The position numbers were made by a program, and so were the translations under genes. The notes beneath the pieces are model-generated. The model did no database searches. It was not told where the DNA came from and saw only the letters and a program-made list of their open reading frames with translations. From assembly GCA_964016885.1 (NCBI GenBank), contig OZ024746.1:30938001-31002000 (forward strand): DNA of 64,000 bases. The letters are read 5' to 3'. Shown piece by piece: positions 53,864 through 64,000 of this stretch; positions within the stretch are counted from its first letter, which is position 1; every line of letters starts with the position of its first letter. This DNA is from Eledone cirrhosa (taxonomy: Eukaryota).

Positions 53864-54289
53864 ATATATATATATATATATATATAAATGTATATATATA
53901 TATATATATATAAATATATATATATATAAAATGGGGTTCAACTATGAATGGGAACTAACTATAAATCCTTTGAATAAGGTGTTCCAGCACAGTCGAGCGT
54001 TAATAATTATAGCCAATAATAGAGAATAGGAAGAAAAAAGTACATAGAAATCATTCAGGGCAACAGATGTATACATATTTATTTACCTTGTTTCATTATA
54101 TATGTTATTAAGATGACAGATACACTAATTAGGCAGGACGTTAATTAACTGCCAGAATTTTTCTTTTGAACATAATTTCGATTAATTTGGGTTTAGTTAA
54201 TTATTAATTGGTGTAGTTGCTGTGCACTTTCTGTTCACCATTCAAATAGAGTACCTACAAATCCATATATATTATATGTATGAGTGTGG

Positions 54290-54330
<41 letters not shown>

Positions 54331-54336
<6 letters not shown>

Positions 54337-54538
54337 ATCAAAAGATGGTTAAATGAGTTCCATGTATTTTATTATGCGCATTTCATGTATTTTGAAATGC
54401 GCATAATAAAATACATGAAACTCATTTAACCATCTTTTGATCTTATATATTATGTATACTCCAGTCCTGCAAACTGTAGAGTGCTTCTTATCCGATATCT
54501 GCATTGCTTTATTGTACTACAATAAAACTCACCTCCTA
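54331..54538 (+). mobile_element. Fold-back element, family shared with 56440-56618 and 60586-61053
   Basis: Arms at 54331-54385 and 54392-54446 centred just 5' of GAAATGCGCATA; tail to 54538. Confidence 0.8.
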
Positions 54539-54747
54539 CATATATATATATATAGTAATAATATATATATATATATAGTAATAATATATATATATATATA
54601 GTAATAATAATAAATTGCAGCGATTCTTTGCTTAAACTTTAATCTGTTATTTAAATAAATATATATATATATATACGTATGTATATATATATGTATATAT
54701 ATATATGTATATATATATATATGTATATATATATATGTATATATATG

Positions 54748-54778
<31 letters not shown>

Positions 54779-54803
54779 GTATATATATATGTATATATAT
54801 ATG

Positions 54804-54918
<115 letters not shown>

Positions 54919-55011
54919 GTACGTTATTCCGGGTTGAATCGGAGGTAACCACAGTAAGTAAGGTACTCAATACATTGCAGAGTATAAAAGTTTTAATATA
55001 GATGAGATTCT

Positions 55012-55247
<236 letters not shown>

Positions 55248-55663
55248 ATGTATATATGTATGAGTATATATACATATATGTATGTATATACATATATATA
55301 TATGTATATATGTATATATATATATATATACGTTTGTAAGTGTGTGTATGTGTATGTATTAATATGTATATATATATATACATATATACATATATATATA
55401 TATGTATGTATATATATATATATACACATATATATATATGTCCCCCCCCCCCACTCTCAAGCGTGAACCTAATACCAACACTGTTCGTAACTGCACTCTT
55501 TATTATTGTTTTCGTTTTTTACTGTGGCAATATTTAAGCGCCGAAACATCTATGATCTGTAGTAAACAGCTGATGAAGGGATACTTTTCTTCTCTTGTTT
55601 ACCTCTAACCCATCGTTTTTAGTAACCACACAGCCTAACTCTTCACCTGAATTTATATATATA

Positions 55664-55744
<81 letters not shown>

Positions 55745-55746
<2 letters not shown>

Positions 55747-55871
55747 GAACGAATAGGACCCCATGGAGTCCTACTCGTTCCTATTACCCACTCTACTAGC
55801 CACTCTATTACCCACTCTACTAACTTTGGTGCGTTATGCTCCACCTGGTTCCTTACCACATTTCCTTCGTT
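55745..55871 (+). mobile_element. Shortest fold-back member of the GCCGTCGAAACGGC family
   Basis: GGAACGAATAGGACCCC-AT-GGAGTCCTACTCGTTCC followed by the family tail. Confidence 0.75.
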
Positions 55872-55984
55872 ATATATATATATATATATATAAATGAAGT
55901 AATTCCGTCGGAAAGCTTCAGGAAACCACTGGTAAATGAAATAATTATCTTATGTTGTTTATTACATAATTATATATATATATA

Positions 55985-56443
<459 letters not shown>

Positions 56444-56475
56444 AGATCAAAAGATGGTTAAAGGAGTTCCATGTA

Positions 56476-56542
56476 TTTTATTATGCGCATTTCAAAAACA
56501 AACATCATCATGCAATAATATTTGTGTTTTCATCAGATAAAA
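56476..56542 (-). ncRNA. Minimal type I hammerhead ribozyme motif
   Basis: TTTTAT-CTGATGA-AAACACAAAT...GTTTGTTTTT-GAAA-TGCGCA-TA-ATAAAA; palindromic TGCGCA. Confidence 0.8.
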
Positions 56543-56675
56543 CAGGAGAACATGATATGAAGGCTAAAAAACACTTGTGGATAGTGCAGTTTTAAATCAA
56601 CATAAAACTCACCTCCTACATATATATATATATATATATTTATTTATTTATTTATTTATATATATATATACACAT

Positions 56676-56809
<134 letters not shown>

Positions 56810-56993
56810 TAATATATATATATTAATATATATATACACATTTTATCTCCAGCTTATGTTGGCTGGCCATTGGTGTAAGAAGTTCGTTGCTGCTGCCCTT
56901 AGGTTAGCTTGTAGAGTTTTATATATTTATATATATATGATTTTATTTATATATATATACACACATATATATATATAATTATATATATATATA

Positions 56994-57044
<51 letters not shown>

Positions 57045-57074
57045 TTTTTTTTATTTATATATAAATATATATAT

Positions 57075-57974
<900 letters not shown>

Positions 57975-58091
57975 GTATATATATATATATATATATATAC
58001 GTATATGTACGTAGATACATACAGACTGCTACATATATGCATACATATAAACACACATATATATGTATATGTGTGTGACAGAGAGAGAGAG

Positions 58092-58170
<79 letters not shown>

Positions 58171-58284
58171 GAATGTGTGCGACAGAGAGAGATAGAGTGT
58201 GTGTGTGTGTGTATTATATATCAAATACATACAAGTATATATATATATATCATCTTCATCATAGACCCATAACAACAATAACAC

Positions 58285-59290
58285 ACCTCTCTCAACAAAA
58301 TGTTAAACACTCATTAACTTTATTCTTATTTCTTCACCAAAAGCCTCTTAGGGAAATCTGACCTGCAGGAAGGAATTTTCACCACCTCTTCCAAATCGAC
58401 AACACATTTTGCTCTCTCAACAAACTTTTAAACACTCTCTTTGTTTTATATTTTGATTTTCTTCTTATTTCTTCCCCAAAGTACATTTAGGTAAATCTGA
58501 CCATCACAAAGTCTCCGTCACCCCAATACCACTTTTAATTAACCCTTTAGCATTTATATTATTCTATATTTACTATAGTATTTTTGTGGTAAAGGCTTTA
58601 TTTTACATAATTATCTATGTAATATCAAATCTACGAGATTTTGATGTCATTTATTTTGAGATTTATTTTGAGATTTATTTTGAGATTTATTATTTACCTT
58701 AATATAGGTATGAGAAGCCAGTTACGGCCGGTTTGAACAGAAAGAGGTGAGAGAATTCTGGCCGGATATGGCCGGTTTAAATGGTAAAGGGTTAATCATT
58801 CTAATTTCTCTTTTTGTTTTCATTTCCTCTTCATCAAAAGACATATATCTTACACTTCATTAACACTTCTCCAGATACACAACCAAATTCATTTTCTGTA
58901 TGTATATATATATATACACCACTTTGATTTTATATTCTATATTTTATACATTATCTAATTCCTTCACAAAGGCCACTTAGATAAATCTGACCTGTAAGAG
59001 GGCATTTTTATAACCTCTTCCAAACCAACAACAACATACTGCTCTCCCAACAAAACATTTAAACACTCTTTAACTTTGTTTTATACTATGATTTTTATCT
59101 TATTTCTTCACCAAAGACACTTTAGGTAGTAAATCTGTCCATCACATCATCTCCCTCACCCCTAACACCACCCAACTCCACTCTCAATCAATCATCTTCA
59201 TTTTTCTCTTTGTTTTATTTTCAATTTTCATCAAAAGATGACATTTATCTTACACCACAACACTTCATCAGACACACACCCAAATTCATT
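58285..59290. repeat. Diverged tandem duplication of a ~350-bp unit (related fragment at 41390-41480)
   Basis: 58330-58890 parallels 58960-59290. Confidence 0.7.
58543..58791. mobile_element. piggyBac-type MITE with TTAA target duplication
   Basis: TTAA|CCCTTTAGCATTTA ... TAAATGGTAAAGGG|TTAA; absent from the paralogous unit near 59190. Confidence 0.8.
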
Positions 59291-59390
59291 GAGGTTAACT
59301 TTGCCTTTCATCCTTACGGGGTCGATAAAATAAAGTACCAGTAATACACTGGGTAATTGCTGGCCTTGTACCAAAAGTAGAAACAATTAT
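59289..59390 (+). mobile_element. 5'-truncated SINE A
   Basis: 3' half of the consensus. Confidence 0.8.
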
Positions 59391-59823
59391 ATATACATAA
59401 ACGCATAACTTTAGATCAGTTTGACAATCGCCATCGACGAATGCGAGAAAGTTCTTCAGAAAGTTAACCAGGATTTGTAAAAGAATTTTCCACCGAAGTT
59501 AACAAAGAACTTATTAGATCTAAGTAGCAAAATTATAAAATTATTAAATTAAATTGCTATAGAATACCAAATACAAGTGAAGACATTCTTTTCCTTTTTC
59601 AACTGTGTATATATATATATACACAACTGTGTATATATATATACACATATATATATACATATATATGCATATATATATATATATATATATATACTCATAT
59701 ATATATATATATATACATGCATACATATATACATATGTATGTATATGTATATGCATATATATAACTATATATATATATATGTATATATTTATGTATATAT
59801 ACTGTATATATATATGGAGAGAG

Positions 59824-59865
<42 letters not shown>

Positions 59866-59928
59866 GGGGGAGAGATACATGTATGTATATATAACTAAAT
59901 AAATAAATATATATATATATATATATAC

Positions 59929-59963
<35 letters not shown>

Positions 59964-59991
59964 AAGAGAGATGTATACATATATGTATGCA

Positions 59992-60040
<49 letters not shown>

Positions 60041-60301
60041 CCACATAACTACACAAATACATAGACAAATATTCACTATCCTATCCATACCCCCACCCAC
60101 CCACTGCTACCCCTACATACACAGCTGCCCTCCTACCAACACACCCGGCCCCATGTGCACGCGTACATACGTACAAGCAGATAAGGATACCTACGCGCGC
60201 CTACGAATGCCCACCTACATATATGTGTATATACATATGTATACACACACCTATATGTACATACATATGTGTATACATATATATATATATATATATATAT
60301 G

Positions 60302-60389
<88 letters not shown>

Positions 60390-60426
60390 GTATATATGTA
60401 TATATATGTATATATGTATATATATG

Positions 60427-60481
<55 letters not shown>

Positions 60482-60487
60482 GTATAT

Positions 60488-60573
<86 letters not shown>

Positions 60574-60619
60574 TATATATATAATATAAGATCAAAAGAT
60601 GATTAAAAGAGTTCCGAGT

Positions 60620-60686
60620 ATTTATTATGCCCATTTCAAAAACAAAAATCATCATGGGATGATATCTGTGTTTTCATCAGATAAAA
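60620..60686 (-). ncRNA. Hammerhead motif, paralogue of 56476-56542, within element 60586-61053
   Basis: TTTTAT-CTGATGA-AAACACAGAT-ATCAT-CCC-ATGAT-GATTTTTGTTTTT-GAAA-TGGGCA-TA-ATAAA. Confidence 0.72.
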
Positions 60687-60782
60687 TAGGGATACATGAT
60701 ATGAAACTTAAAAAACACTTGTGAATAGTGAAGTTTTAAATCAACATATGTTGATTTATTTTATATTATTTATACTCCAGTC

Positions 60783-60966
60783 GGTGAATTGGCAGTATCG
60801 GTAGAGGGTCGGACGCCATGCTTTGACGCATAGAGTTACGGCCCTTGCCATTCTGAGTTCAAATCCCGCCGAGGTTAACTTTGCCTTTCATCCTTACGGG
60901 GTCGATAAAATAAAGTACCAGTAATACACTGGGAAATTGCTGGCCTTGTGCCAAAAGTAGAAACAA
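60783..60966 (+). mobile_element. SINE A with an 18-bp target-site duplication
   Basis: ATTATTTATACTCCAGTC at 60765-60782 and 60966-60983. Confidence 0.9.
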
Positions 60967-61076
60967 TTATTTATACTCCAGTCCTACAAACTGTAGAGTG
61001 CTACTTATCCGATATTTGCATTGCTTTATTGTGCTACAATAAACTCACCTCCTTCATTATATATATATACATATAT

Positions 61077-61260
61077 AAAAAGAATCAGGACCCCGACGGC
61101 AGAACTCCGGCCGTTTCGACAGTTAGATCTAGCTGTCGAAACGGGCGGAGCTCAGCCGTCGGGGTCTTGATTCTTTTCATATTACCCAGTCCATTACCCC
61201 AAGTATCGTGTTCTCTGGTGCATTATGGTCCTCCTGGTATCTTACCACACCCTCTTTGTT
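61077..61260 (+). mobile_element. Diverged fold-back member of the GCCGTCGAAACGGC family
   Basis: Arms at 61077-61127 and 61128-61177 with apex GACAGTTAGA|TCTAGCTGTC immediately before GAAAC; tail to 61260. Confidence 0.75.
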
Positions 61261-61411
61261 ATATATATGCCGGGTGAGCACTCGATGCTCTTCGGGAGCA
61301 GTGTATCAATTGTATTAATATATAAGGGAACAAAGAATCAGCGTGCCTATGGTTGCATATGTGCTATGTATGTGGATATATGCGGGTATATATGCGCGCA
61401 TGTGTGTATAT

Positions 61412-61451
<40 letters not shown>

Positions 61452-61554
61452 TGTGTATATGTGTGTGTGTGTATGGATATGTATATATGTGTGTGTGTGT
61501 ATGTATATATATATATATATATATATAGAGATAAATAGATAGATAGATATAGAT

Positions 61555-61684
<130 letters not shown>

Positions 61685-62079
61685 ATCTATATCTATATAT
61701 CTATATATCTATATAAAAAAAAGAAAAGAAAATTCACTCTACATGGCTGAATACAATAAATGTAATCTGAGTTTTTCGAATATTAATAATAACATTCGAT
61801 TCGTTTGAAATTATATATATATGTATATATATATGTATATATATATGTATATATATATGTATATATATATATATATATACACACATATATGTACAGAAAA
61901 GTAATTCTGTTTTTGTGTGTGTGTGTGTGTGTGTCTGAGTGTGTGTAAGAATGTGTCAAATTCATACATGGTAATATCAGTAAACCAAAAAGACTAGATT
62001 TAGAAGAAAAGATTTAGATGAAAGCTGTTACCATGTTAAAATATATTAATTATGAAATATACCACACAAACACACAGCT

Positions 62080-62220
<141 letters not shown>

Positions 62221-62221
62221 C

Positions 62222-62362
<141 letters not shown>

Positions 62363-62420
62363 AAGATAGAGAGAAAGAGATAGTGGTTGTGAGAGAGTAG
62401 ATTGAAAGAGAGAGAGGAGA

Positions 62421-62467
<47 letters not shown>

Positions 62468-62516
62468 TATATATACATATGTGTGTGTGTGTGGGTGTGG
62501 GTGTGTGTGTGGGTGT

Positions 62517-62616
<100 letters not shown>

Positions 62617-63029
62617 GTTCCCAGTCAGTGTATATTTATTTTTCAAATTGTATTCAATGTTTGAAAGCTGTTACATTTTACATATACATATACGTATGTG
62701 TATAAGTATGTATGTACATATATATAAAATATATATGTGTATATATATATGTGTGTGTGCGTGTTTGTGTCATTTATAAATGTAATTATGTTTATCGATT
62801 TCAAAATATATTTCTTCATTATAAAATATGCAAATATTACAGTAATTATGACATATCTTTTACGATTCAAAAGGTTTTTCATATATTGTATATATTATAT
62901 TGTAGAATATATGCTGAATATATCATATATCAATATATCTATCTATCTATCTATATATATATATATATATATATATATAGATATATAGATATAAACATAT
63001 GCATATACATATATCTATATATCTATATA

Positions 63030-63076
<47 letters not shown>

Positions 63077-63079
63077 ATT

Positions 63080-63110
<31 letters not shown>

Positions 63111-63122
63111 ATTTATATATAA

Positions 63123-63191
<69 letters not shown>

Positions 63192-63223
63192 GATATAAAC
63201 ATATGCATATACATATATGTATA

Positions 63224-63356
<133 letters not shown>

Positions 63357-63403
63357 ATATATATTTATAGATATAAACATATGCATATACATATATCTAT
63401 ATA

Positions 63404-63479
<76 letters not shown>

Positions 63480-63605
63480 ATATATATATATTTATATATA
63501 TAAACATATGCATATACATATATATATAAATTTTATTCTCTCCAACGTCGCCGCGAGCGGCACATCATCTGCATGATGTGGAAAATATTCCATCAGCATT
63601 GCCCA

Positions 63606-63797
63606 AATAATTGTTTCTACTTTTGGCACAAGGCCAGCAATTACCCAGTGCATTACTGGTACTTTATTTTATCGACCCCGTAAGGATGAAAGGCAAAGTC
63701 AACCTCGGCGGGATTTGAACTCAGATCGTAAAGGGACGTAACTATGCTGGAAAGCATGGCGTCCGACCCTCTACCGATACTGCCAACCCACCGCCCA
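63606..63797 (-). mobile_element. SINE family A
   Basis: Consensus match; GCCCAAATAAT flanking duplication. Confidence 0.85.
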
Positions 63798-64000
63798 AAT
63801 AATGTTGGCATTATATAAGGCTTGGGCCCCGTGCTATCCACCCACAACAAAAATCACACTCGCATCTCATAAGAACAGTACCGCACAATTATTTCACTTC
63901 AATTGCCTCCGCTCTCTTTAAGATTACACCAAAAAACATTAAAACAGAAACAGAACCCTTAAAGTTGAAGAAATCCCGGATAAACCTCCTACACCCGGAT

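Overview
AT-rich, microsatellite-saturated animal genomic DNA. Its SINEs and (TA)n/(CA)n/(GA)n load suggest an octopus or other cephalopod, which is an inference. It contains one host gene, a three-coding-exon Gfi-1/senseless-family C2H2 zinc-finger factor on the minus strand (43700-49298, about 531 aa) with a degenerate SNAG-like N-terminus. It also contains a near-complete Tx1/L1-clade LINE sitting head-to-tail with a second copy in a (GATA)n tract, a ~4 kb 40-bp minisatellite with higher-order structure, more than 20 tRNA-derived SINEs, Helitron/hAT/mariner/piggyBac non-autonomous elements and several LINE fragments. The main unannotated signal is about 25 small fold-back (inverted-repeat) elements from about 10 unrelated families, most embedded in (TA)n tracts. 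At least a dozen carry intact or decayed type I hammerhead ribozyme motifs (CUGANGA...GAAA...UH with base-paired helices I-III), often in both polarities, plus an unpaired 3' tail. This matches Penelope-like element (PLE) pseudo-LTR remnants. In several, the inversion apex lies in hammerhead helix II or at the predicted cleavage site. One 2.1 kb member carries unidentified ORF-like cargo between two inverted hammerheads. All RNA pairings were read by eye; nothing was folded or searched computationally.
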